From contig JABMJD010000005.1 of assembly GCA_013201395.1 (NCBI GenBank), positions 24,381-88,380 of the forward strand: DNA of 64,000 nt, read 5' to 3'. The DNA is from Candidatus Syntrophopropionicum ammoniitolerans. GTDB taxonomy: Bacteria; Bacillota; Desulfotomaculia; Desulfotomaculales; Pelotomaculaceae. Below are positions 29,389 through 38,437 of this stretch, piece by piece (positions within the stretch are counted from its first letter, which is position 1; each line of letters starts with the position of its first letter). The position numbers and the translations under genes were made by a program. Below the pieces are notes generated by a model that worked only from the letters and a program-made list of their open reading frames with translations, was not told the origin of the DNA and made no database searches.

Positions 29389-31093
29389 AACAAATGACGC
29401 TAAATGCCGTGACTGCTACAAATGTGTTCGTTCATGTCCGCTGAAGGCAATCTGTATCAACTCCAGTCCTGACAACGTCCAGACCCACGCCAGGATTATA
29501 GAGGAAATCTGTGTGCAATGCGGCCAATGCGCTGTTGTTTGCCCGCAAAAGGCAAAGGTGGTAAGAAGTGACCTTGATAAAATAAAGGCTCACCTGGCAA
29601 ATAGGTCCACCAAGGTAGTTGCCAGTGTTGCACCCTCTTTCCCGATCCACCTGCCACTATCCCAGCCCCTGGTACTGCCGGGTATACTCAAAAAATTAGG
29701 TTTCTCTTATATTGGGCTTACTTCTGTGGGGGCAGATCTAATTTCTAGTGAACATCATCATATTGATAAACAGGCACCTACTATATCTAGTGCCTGTCCG
29801 GCGGTAGTTAACCTTGTAGAACAGCACTACACCCATCTTATCCCTTACCTGTCACCCCTGGTTTCGCCTGTAATTGCCCATGGCAGACTGCTGAAAAAAC
29901 AGTATCCTGGCTGCATAGTAGTTTTTATTGGACCCTGCATAGCAAAAAAAGGCGAAATCCTTTCTGATAACGTGAAAGGCTCTGTTGACTATGTCCTCGG
30001 GTTTACAGAATTATGGGACTGGTTTATAGATGAAGCAATTGATTTTGATTGTCTTGAAAATACAACATTTGATGGCTACATACCGGATAAAGCCAACCTG
30101 TTTCCTACTGAGGGGGGCCAGCTTTTAACAACATCCCTTAGCACTGATATTATGGACAGTGGTGTACAAACAGTAACTGGGTTGGAAAACTGCATTAATC
30201 TGTTTGATAATCTTTACAGCCTAAATGAAAATCAGATGCCGGGTTTCATAGAAATGTTGGCCTGTAATGGAGGCTGTCTGGGTGGCCCCTGTGGGGTTAC
30301 TAAAGATGACATTTATGCAAAAAAACAAAAACTGCTCCATTTTTATGCCCACAACAAACTCAATCATAAACCAGATGCCCAAGAAAGACCTACATTGCCT
30401 TCCACAGATTTGACTCGAGGGTTTTCAAATAGAAAGGTAGAGTTGCCTGTCCCAAGCGAAGAACAAATTAGGCACATCCTGGCGCAGACCGGCAAGTATA
30501 GCACACAAGATGAATTAAATTGCGGTGCCTGCGGCTTTGGTTCTTGCAGGGAAAAAGCTGTGGCAGTATACAGAGGGCACGCCGAACCTCAAATGTGTAT
30601 CCCCTATATGAGAAAAAGGGCTGAGTCCATATCAAACCAGGTCCTTACCGCTATGCCCAATGCAGTGATCATAGTTAATGAAGACCTAATTGTGACGGAA
30701 ATCAACCCGGCTGCACTGAAAATGTTCGATCCCCAAAGTAGGCAGATAATTGGCCAACAGCTTGATCGTTTTATTGATCCGGGTGATTTTCAGCTTGTCT
30801 TAAGGGAAAAGAAAGCAATAGTCTCTGATTTTTGCATCCTGCGCAATAGAACTATAGCCCGCCAGATTGTTTTTCCTGTGGAGAATATGGTAGTAGGTAT
30901 ATTTGCTGACATTACCAAGGAAATTAACCAGCAAGAAGAACTATTACGTGTAAAAACGCAAACTATTGATCGGGCCCGTGAGGTAATTAAAAAATTAATG
31001 ACCGTTTCCCAGGAAATAGCGGGCTTGTTGGGAGAAACCACCGCTGAGACCAAGATTCTTCTTAACCAACTAATAAAATTGATGCAGGAATAG
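29375..31093 (+). CDS. Putative sensory [FeFe]-hydrogenase-like protein with 2x[4Fe-4S], FeS and PAS domains (HfsB/HydS type)
   Basis: CRDCYKCVRSCP, CVQCGQCAVVCP; H-cluster motifs SSACP, GPCIAKKGE and EMLACNGGCLGG; LNCGACGFGSC; C-terminal PAS. Confidence 0.88.
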   Translation: MPLIKTNDAKCRDCYKCVRSCPLKAICINSSPDNVQTHARIIEEICVQCGQCAVVCPQKAKVVRSDLDKIKAHLANRSTKVVASVAPSFPIHLPLSQPLVLPGILKKLGFSYIGLTSVGADLISSEHHHIDKQAPTISSACPAVVNLVEQHYTHLIPYLSPLVSPVIAHGRLLKKQYPGCIVVFIGPCIAKKGEILSDNVKGSVDYVLGFTELWDWFIDEAIDFDCLENTTFDGYIPDKANLFPTEGGQLLTTSLSTDIMDSGVQTVTGLENCINLFDNLYSLNENQMPGFIEMLACNGGCLGGPCGVTKDDIYAKKQKLLHFYAHNKLNHKPDAQERPTLPSTDLTRGFSNRKVELPVPSEEQIRHILAQTGKYSTQDELNCGACGFGSCREKAVAVYRGHAEPQMCIPYMRKRAESISNQVLTAMPNAVIIVNEDLIVTEINPAALKMFDPQSRQIIGQQLDRFIDPGDFQLVLREKKAIVSDFCILRNRTIARQIVFPVENMVVGIFADITKEINQQEELLRVKTQTIDRAREVIKKLMTVSQEIAGLLGETTAETKILLNQLIKLMQE

Positions 31094-31111
31094 GGAAAGG
31101 ACGCGGTTGAG

Positions 31112-32260
31112 ATGCTGTTTCAAATGGATATTGGATATTCCCAGCTAAATAAAAAGGGTGAGGAGCTCTGTGGGGATTCTATTGAAGTTGTCCATGCCCC
31201 CAACTCTTCCATTATTGTGTTGGCTGATGGCCTAGGCAGCGGGGTAAAGGCAAACATACTTTCCAGGATCACTGCAAAAACAGCTGCCACAATGCTAAAA
31301 ATGGGTGGACAGATAGACGATGTCATTGAAACCATGATCGAAACACTGCCTGTTTGCCGGTTGAGGAATATAGCCTATAGCACTTTTTCAATTCTGCAAA
31401 TATTTGAGGATGGGCATGCCTATCTAGTTGAATTTGACAACCCCTCTGCTTACTGGGGATATGACGAATCGTTACTTTATCTTAAAAGAATTCAACGCCA
31501 GGTTGGCGATAAAATAATTAAGGAATCTCGTTTTGAAATGGGAATTGGCCATTGGCTGGTTCTATTAAGTGATGGTGTTCTTCATGCCGGACTGGGAGGT
31601 TTTTGGAATTTAGGCTGGGGTGAGGAATATGTAGGCAACTATTTGCGAACCTTGGCCGCGGGTGGATACACTACTGATGAATGGGCGGAAAAGGTAACAG
31701 GCATGTGTAATAAATTTTACTGTGGAGAAGCAGGCGATGATGCCAGTGTTATAGTTGTAAGGCTTAGAAAGGTAAGAAAATTAACTGCGCTTATCGGCCC
31801 CCCACGGAACCCCGCAGACGATATTGAGGCTGTAAAAAGCCTGACTAGCGCGGAGGGAGTTAGAGTTATATGCGGCGGCACAACCAGTCAACTAGCCGGG
31901 CGGGTAATGAAAAGAGAGGTCCAGGTAAATCTGATGGATATGGTATCAGATAAAATTCCCCCTACCGGACAGATCCTGGGGATAGATTTGGTGACTGAAG
32001 GAGCAATCACGCTCTATCACACACTGCAACACCTCATGGGAGATCATCATAACCTGGAAAACATTAAGGATGGTTCAGGCCGTTTAGCCAGGGCACTACT
32101 AATGGCTGATGAAATCCATTTCATTGTCGGCCTGGCCATAAACCCGGTTGTGCATAACCCGGATTTTCCGGTGCCATTTGCCTTAAAGCACCAAACTGTC
32201 AGAGATATAGCTGATACCCTGGTACGCTTAGGCAAGAAAATTACTGTTAAATACTATTGA
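31112..32260 (+). CDS. SpoIIE/PP2C-type serine phosphatase (HfsC-like)
   Basis: GEELCGD, VLADGLGSGVKANILS, LLSDGV, GDDASV and VICGGTT. Confidence 0.9.
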   Translation: MLFQMDIGYSQLNKKGEELCGDSIEVVHAPNSSIIVLADGLGSGVKANILSRITAKTAATMLKMGGQIDDVIETMIETLPVCRLRNIAYSTFSILQIFEDGHAYLVEFDNPSAYWGYDESLLYLKRIQRQVGDKIIKESRFEMGIGHWLVLLSDGVLHAGLGGFWNLGWGEEYVGNYLRTLAAGGYTTDEWAEKVTGMCNKFYCGEAGDDASVIVVRLRKVRKLTALIGPPRNPADDIEAVKSLTSAEGVRVICGGTTSQLAGRVMKREVQVNLMDMVSDKIPPTGQILGIDLVTEGAITLYHTLQHLMGDHHNLENIKDGSGRLARALLMADEIHFIVGLAINPVVHNPDFPVPFALKHQTVRDIADTLVRLGKKITVKYY

Positions 32261-32351
32261 TTTACATTTTTGTTTAAACTGCAAAGTAGAAGATGGGGGG
32301 GACAGATTTCATCTCCGGCGTTTTGCCTGCTGGGACATGTCTCCCAGCTTA

Positions 32352-33602
32352 TTAATTCCCAACCTGGGCAGAACTCCATCCAGCCACAAAACCAGATGAC
32401 CAAGCCCACTGAAGATTATAACCCCCACAGTCACCATCAACATCAATTACTTCACCGGCAAAAAACAACTTGGGCAAGATTTTTGATTCCATAGTATTCG
32501 GGTGGATTTCTTTTACGTTTATGCCACCGGCTGTAACTTGCGCTGCCGGCCAGGAGGTAGTACCCTTGATTGGGAAACGCCAGTCCTGCAAAAGATGGAG
32601 AATTCTGTCCCGTTCAGCCGGACTAACCTGTCCCGCCGGCTTTCTAACATCTGAAATCCCAGCCCCACGCAACATTACCGGAACCAGTCTTTTATTAATA
32701 AAACCCACGAAATTGAATGCCAATTCTTTTTCTGGGTTGTCACTGAAACGTTTTATCAGATAGTGCTCTAGTCTGTCCCTACTGTAGGTGTTAATCAGCA
32801 CTAGCTTAAGCCAGGCTGCTTTGCCTTTTTGCAGGCATTCCCCGGCTTTACGGCTTAGGGCGAGCACCGGAGGGCCTGATGCACCGTACTCAGTAAACAA
32901 TATTTCCCCCGAGGCTTTGCCAACAACCCTATTTTCTACAATTATTTCAGCATCCCCATCAAATTTGATCCCCTTGATCTGTTTTAAAAATTCTGCTGCC
33001 AATTTGAGCTGAACCAGAGCTGGAAATGGTTCGACAATACTGTGGCCAAGGTTTTTAGCCAGAGCATACCCTCCCCCGTTAGAGCCAAGGTTGGGTGCCG
33101 CCTTGCCCCCGGACGCCAGTATAACCCGGTCTGCGTTAAATTTCTCCCCGTCCTGAAATTCAATTAAAAAACTACCGTTTTTTATTTTAATATTATTGAC
33201 GGCGGCCCCACATAAAACCTGTACTCCAACCCGATCAAGCTCGTATCTTAAAACGTCCAAGACGCTGGAGGCCTGATCAGAAAAAGGAAAGACCTTGCCG
33301 CCTTTTTCAATTTTATGGGCCACGCCTAGCTGCTCAAAAAAATCAATAGTCTTTTTAACACTGAATCTTTCTAATACGCTATGGATAAAAGCAGGGTTCC
33401 CCCCATGATAATTGACCGTACCAAGGTTAACATTGGTCAGATTACACCTGCCATTACCTGTGGCCAGTATTTTTCTACCCACTCGCGGGTTTTTTTCTAG
33501 TATTGTAACCTCCGCACCTTGATATGAGGCGGCAATAGCCGCCATAATACCTGCAGCACCACCACCGATAACTGCAACCCTTACGCCTGAATCCCTTCCC
33601 AT
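32352..33602 (-). CDS. HI0933/YhiN family NAD(P)/FAD-dependent oxidoreductase
   Basis: IGGGAAG, GRKILATGNGRCNLTN, QVTAGG and DGDCGGYNLQWAWSSG. Confidence 0.93.
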   Translation of the reverse strand: MGRDSGVRVAVIGGGAAGIMAAIAASYQGAEVTILEKNPRVGRKILATGNGRCNLTNVNLGTVNYHGGNPAFIHSVLERFSVKKTIDFFEQLGVAHKIEKGGKVFPFSDQASSVLDVLRYELDRVGVQVLCGAAVNNIKIKNGSFLIEFQDGEKFNADRVILASGGKAAPNLGSNGGGYALAKNLGHSIVEPFPALVQLKLAAEFLKQIKGIKFDGDAEIIVENRVVGKASGEILFTEYGASGPPVLALSRKAGECLQKGKAAWLKLVLINTYSRDRLEHYLIKRFSDNPEKELAFNFVGFINKRLVPVMLRGAGISDVRKPAGQVSPAERDRILHLLQDWRFPIKGTTSWPAAQVTAGGINVKEIHPNTMESKILPKLFFAGEVIDVDGDCGGYNLQWAWSSGFVAGWSSAQVGN

Positions 33603-33871
33603 AACAAAGCTCCTTAAACAAAAAAGTTATGTTACATCTTTTATAAAAATAAAAATATTTGCCCAAACATATATGTACTGCTCGATTTTTCGCTGCTATT
33701 TTAAATTATGTTGTTAATCCTAAATTAACATACCATAAAAACATGATCTATTTAAGGGAACTTTGGTAACCATTTTTTTAAATTCATATTATGAGATAAA
33801 AAGATACAGCAAAGTATTTTAATTAAATCTGTTACAGGGTAATTAATCACAGCATTGGACCCTAAGAGATT

Positions 33872-33901
33872 AGATGGCCACCATTTGGCCATCTGTTTTT
33901 T
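33872..33901 (+). terminator. Intrinsic terminator-like hairpin upstream of the helicase
   Basis: AGATGGCCA-ccatt-TGGCCATCT-GTTTTTT. Confidence 0.55.
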
Positions 33902-33959
33902 ATTGTTATTTTTGGACAGGATATGCTAGACTACTAGTAACTATCTAATTCTACTAGAG

Positions 33960-36900
33960 GTGTTTGTAATATTGGCAAACCCGCATACGCAACAGGCTAA
34001 GAAATGTCTTTTGTCTATTTTAGATGGCTGTGGATCAGTGCCCCTGGAGGTGGCCTATTTACAATGCAACTGTGATTATGATTCCCTGGCTGGTGCACTT
34101 GCATCTCTTATTGAGGAAGAAAGGGTTTCAATTGGGCGGTTGAAAACCAGGCCTGTATGGTTACTAGGAAAGAAACCTGTATTCCCTGCAAATGGAAAGG
34201 AAATCTGGCACACTGACAGGAAAAAAATGCTCCGTATCCTTCCTGAAGCATTGAAGATGATAAGGAAAAAACATACTAAAGAACAGGAATCCAACAATAA
34301 ACATCCCACTGAACAACAAGACATCATTGTTGCACTATTGGAGGACGGTATCCCACGCAACCGTGGGGAAATAATTGCATTAACTGGTATAGTAGACATT
34401 GAGTATCCTGTTTGGCGAAGCCTATGTCGGCTGCCGGATGGGCGTTATACTGTTCCCAACAGCAAAGGCGCCTGGGAAGGTTTTTTTTGTTACATAAATG
34501 AGAGGCCCAGGCGCCGCGCTCACCTGCTGCGACTTTTTAGTGATCATAGGGAAATAACAACCCTCCTTACCACAGAAACAGACCAAAATCCTCTCATTAG
34601 ATTACCCCGGGGCCTGATAACCACCATTGACTCTGAGGAAGGTAGAAAGGCTGCAGAAAAACGTAAAAGGTTAACATTAGCCCGAGAGACACTAAGCAAC
34701 CTGACTCAACCTTTCTTTGTGCCCGGCGAGCTGGACATGGATAAAAATGCATTTACGTATATCGTGGATAGCCTAGCGGTTGAGGTGGTTTTTGAAGGAA
34801 AAACATATTATTGTCTGCGTCGGGAATTTCCGGGTGAGATCCTTGTTGAACAGCTAGGAGATATCTCCGGCCGCTATTTTGCCCCGCCACATGTTGCCAG
34901 CGCTCCTACCTTTCTCAGGGAACACTCCCTGGTTGAAAAAAAAGCAGCTAATGTGCTTGGTTTTAACCCTGGAACACTAGAACATCTAATTCAGGCGAAA
35001 AAGCTGCAGTATTTCATGCTTGACGAAAGAAAAAGATTTTGGCGGTCTGATATTGAAGACCTAAAAAGGAACAAAGGTAGGGTAAGTAATATTATAAAAA
35101 AACATAAGAAGCTGGAGGCAGCCGCTAGTGTATCCCCAACGGGTGTCACTACCGATCAGGCCAAACAGATTAAAAAAAGGGCCCCCCGCAGGGCGAGGAC
35201 CGTGCCGCCGGTCACAAAGTTAACCCTTGATGATTTCCAGATTGAGGCAGCAGGAGCCCTGCGTGAAGGTCTCTCTGTGCTTGTCTCGGCTCCTACGGGA
35301 AATGGTAAAACCCTGGTAGCGGAAATGCTGGCCAAGGACGTGATGTCACAAGGGCTGGGGATGATCTACACCTCGCCTCTAAAGGCTTTATCAAACCAAA
35401 AATACCGGGACTTCAAGCGATTGTTTGGGGATGATCTAGTAGGCCTGGTCACTGGTGACATTAGTGTTAACCCCGGAGCTCCAATGCTGGTTATGACTAC
35501 AGAAATATTTAGGAACTGGTGTCTGAGTGAACCAGAACAGCTGAAAAAAACCTCCTATGTGGTATTCGATGAAATCCACTACCTTGATGATGAGGAACGT
35601 GGCACCACCTGGGAGGAGAGCATATTATTCGCCCCTCCCCATGTTAAAATTCTAGGGCTTTCCGCAACAGTACCCAATATTGATGAGATGGCCGATTGGA
35701 TTAGCTCTATCCGTGGTGGGAATGTTGTAGTCATACTAGAAAAAAGGAGAACAGTGCCCCTGGTAGTCCGCTGGCTATCACCCCGCGGGCGTATTATGTC
35801 TCAAAAAGAGGCTCGCAAAGAAATTAGGTCCCTATCTGAGCACTCCAAGACATTACGCAACGGTAAATACGGAAATGAATCGAACAGGGGCATGGGGCCC
35901 TCTGAATTGCCTTGTAGTAGGGTAATAGAGATAATTCAGGATAAACTCCCCGCCCTCTTTTTTGTTTTCAGTAGGGGGCGGACAGAAATCCTGGCTCAGG
36001 AACTGGGACATGACTGGGACTTCCTTGATAAAAAGGAAAAACAGTTGGTAGGAAAACAGATCAGGGAGGCTGAGGCTGAACACCCCGGCACCTTTAGTGG
36101 CCCAGGGTGGCGGAAACTACGGCGTTTGCTTTACCAGGGTATTGGTTATCACCATGCTGGGCTTTTACCCCCGGTAAAATACCTTATCGAACAACTTTAC
36201 TCCAATCGGATGCTATGGGTGGTTTTCTGTACAGAAACCTTTGCCGCGGGTGTAAACTTTCCAGCCGCCAGTGCTATTTTCGACTCCACCAGAAAATGGG
36301 ACGGCCGCGACTTTCGTATCCTCCAGAATAGAGAATTCTTTCAAATAGCTGGTCGTGCAGGACGCAGAGGATTCGATCGGGCCGGACATGTTTTTATCCG
36401 TATAGATAGCCGTTTTCCTGAACAAACAGGTTTTTTTCAGGAAAAAAAGGTAGAACCCGTAACTGGTAGGCTCACTATTTCGCCTAATACAGTATTGAGC
36501 CTGATGTGTTATAAAACTGATGAGGAAATAAAGCTTTTTTTAAATGGAAATTTCAAGATGCATCAGCTTAAAAAAAGAAAGGACAGTCTGGATCTGGAAA
36601 TGAAAATGGTACTGAAAAGAATTTCAGCGCTATCAGTTTGCCCAGATTGCCAGACCTTTGCTTGCCCCCTGGAGCGGGAAAGTGCCCGCAGGAAATTAAA
36701 ACGATTGCGCTGGAAAGGCAAAAACAAAGAAAAGGTTCTCTTACAGAAAAAACTGTCGTCCTGTGCCGCAAAAAAATGCTCTGACATAGAAAAATGCCGT
36801 ACCACAATAGAAAAATTAAAACAATCACAGGCCTGTTTACGCCTTCTAAAGGAAGAATATAAAGAGGTTTCCCAAAATGCTAACTCAATTTTTAATGAGT

Positions 36901-37427
36901 ACAGGGAAGTACGCAACCTGCTGGAAAAGCTTGGCTACATGAAAGAGCGCGAATTTTACCCGCGAGGTAAATTTGCACTGGAACTACATGTGCAGGAAAT
37001 ACTGGTTACAGAACTAGCCTTTTCTGGTTTATTAGAGGACACCGACCTAGCAGAGGTTGCCGCTATCATGGCTGGCATAGAATATATCCCCGGTAGGAAT
37101 ACACATGTAGCAAAACTAAACCTACCCGCACTGCGCAAAACTTCTTCAATAAGACACAATTTGCTAAAAATAGGTGTGCCAGAAAAATTCTGCATCTGGT
37201 CCAGCCTGCCCGGCCCGCTAGCCTATGCCTGGTATAATGGTGCCGGCTTTAACGATCTATTGGCGATGTCTTCACTTCAGCCCGGTGATATTTTTTCTCT
37301 CTTTAGAAGAGAAATAGACCTGCTTCGTCAGATTGAACGGGCAGCAACCGGCAATCCCAGGCTTGTTGAAAGGTTGCAGACTGTCAGAAGCCGCCTAGAT
37401 CGTGATGAAGTGGCTCTTAACTTTTAA
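33960..37427 (+). CDS. Ski2/HelY-like SF2 helicase with a ~420-aa N-terminal HTH-rich extension, a Cys-rich insertion and a DSHCT-like C-terminus
   Basis: APTGNGKT, SPLKALSNQKY, FDEIH, GLSATVPN, GIGYHHAG, TETFAAGVNFPA, QIAGRAGRRG and GDIFSLFRREIDLLRQI. The real start may be TTG 33972. Confidence 0.9.
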   Translation: MFVILANPHTQQAKKCLLSILDGCGSVPLEVAYLQCNCDYDSLAGALASLIEEERVSIGRLKTRPVWLLGKKPVFPANGKEIWHTDRKKMLRILPEALKMIRKKHTKEQESNNKHPTEQQDIIVALLEDGIPRNRGEIIALTGIVDIEYPVWRSLCRLPDGRYTVPNSKGAWEGFFCYINERPRRRAHLLRLFSDHREITTLLTTETDQNPLIRLPRGLITTIDSEEGRKAAEKRKRLTLARETLSNLTQPFFVPGELDMDKNAFTYIVDSLAVEVVFEGKTYYCLRREFPGEILVEQLGDISGRYFAPPHVASAPTFLREHSLVEKKAANVLGFNPGTLEHLIQAKKLQYFMLDERKRFWRSDIEDLKRNKGRVSNIIKKHKKLEAAASVSPTGVTTDQAKQIKKRAPRRARTVPPVTKLTLDDFQIEAAGALREGLSVLVSAPTGNGKTLVAEMLAKDVMSQGLGMIYTSPLKALSNQKYRDFKRLFGDDLVGLVTGDISVNPGAPMLVMTTEIFRNWCLSEPEQLKKTSYVVFDEIHYLDDEERGTTWEESILFAPPHVKILGLSATVPNIDEMADWISSIRGGNVVVILEKRRTVPLVVRWLSPRGRIMSQKEARKEIRSLSEHSKTLRNGKYGNESNRGMGPSELPCSRVIEIIQDKLPALFFVFSRGRTEILAQELGHDWDFLDKKEKQLVGKQIREAEAEHPGTFSGPGWRKLRRLLYQGIGYHHAGLLPPVKYLIEQLYSNRMLWVVFCTETFAAGVNFPAASAIFDSTRKWDGRDFRILQNREFFQIAGRAGRRGFDRAGHVFIRIDSRFPEQTGFFQEKKVEPVTGRLTISPNTVLSLMCYKTDEEIKLFLNGNFKMHQLKKRKDSLDLEMKMVLKRISALSVCPDCQTFACPLERESARRKLKRLRWKGKNKEKVLLQKKLSSCAAKKCSDIEKCRTTIEKLKQSQACLRLLKEEYKEVSQNANSIFNEYREVRNLLEKLGYMKEREFYPRGKFALELHVQEILVTELAFSGLLEDTDLAEVAAIMAGIEYIPGRNTHVAKLNLPALRKTSSIRHNLLKIGVPEKFCIWSSLPGPLAYAWYNGAGFNDLLAMSSLQPGDIFSLFRREIDLLRQIERAATGNPRLVERLQTVRSRLDRDEVALNF

Positions 37428-38275
37428 TAATAGGTTCCCAAAAATGATTCCAGCTCCCCGGTTACCTCCTTTAGGGTAACTGCCCTGGCTTCACCCTCCG
37501 AAATTGGTCGCCCAAAAAGAAAGGCTTCATCCTCCCCTTTCTCCCGTATTTTGTGGGGCAGTTCGGCAATATTTTCAAACCATTTTTTTGCCGTCTTATA
37601 GGGGGTATGAAAACAGAATTTATGCTCACCATACTCCACCCTGAATTCAAACAAGCTATAATAGTTTTCTTCCCTTTGGCACCGGGAGCAGCCACCATGA
37701 TTGTTTTTATACTTTAGATAACTAATTCCCATATTTCGAGCCCTATCCCTGCACCCATCACACAGAATAACCTTTTGAGCACCCTCAATAAAGATAATGT
37801 TCAATCCCTCTACATCCGTAAAATCATCAGTGAATTTTTTCAAAATCTCTCCTTTTAGGTCATAAAGGTATTCTTCCCCAGTTTTTGCATAATGGTTTAA
37901 ATGGTAGAGGAAATATGAAGCCCGCAACAGCGAGGTCACCTTTTCCGGATAAAATTCCAGGGAATGAAGAAACCTCTTTTTTAGGTTAGAATGCCTTGAT
38001 GTTTTTTTCACATCAATGGCCCTTTTAAAGGCAGCTTTTTTCCCACCAATACGCCTGTTCTCTTCAAGGTGCCATTTTCTTCGCAGTGCCGGCATTCTTG
38101 GCAATAGTGCCTTAACAGTACCACCATCAAAATATAATTCACTACCTGCCTTATATTTCTTTGTCTTCTTCACCTCCAGAAAACCCTCCCGGACCAATCT
38201 GCGGACGGAAGGTGGGGTTATCCCCAGGATTTCACTTACCCTGGCTGCCGACATGTATTTTTCTTTCAAAACCAT
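37424..38275 (-). CDS. Xis/MerR-like HTH fused to a YkyB(Kre)-like domain with a CxxC...CxxC insert
   Basis: N-terminal SAARVSEILGITPPSVRRLVREG. LYHLNHYAKTGEEYLYDLKGEILKK and FCFHTP resemble YkyB (VNRHAKT..YLYLLK..FHMP). CDGC and CSRC pairs. Confidence 0.6.
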   Translation of the reverse strand: MVLKEKYMSAARVSEILGITPPSVRRLVREGFLEVKKTKKYKAGSELYFDGGTVKALLPRMPALRRKWHLEENRRIGGKKAAFKRAIDVKKTSRHSNLKKRFLHSLEFYPEKVTSLLRASYFLYHLNHYAKTGEEYLYDLKGEILKKFTDDFTDVEGLNIIFIEGAQKVILCDGCRDRARNMGISYLKYKNNHGGCSRCQREENYYSLFEFRVEYGEHKFCFHTPYKTAKKWFENIAELPHKIREKGEDEAFLFGRPISEGEARAVTLKEVTGELESFLGTYY

Positions 38276-38437
38276 GCACTAATCCCCCCACAGTAAATTC
38301 AACATTCCATTTTGCCATCTCCTAACTTATAACGATTCTACCCAAACCTAAGGGCTAATATCAAGTCATAAATGCGGGTTAATATTAATATATAAACAAT
38401 AGGATATATTTACCACATTATGAGGGGAGGTGTTCGC

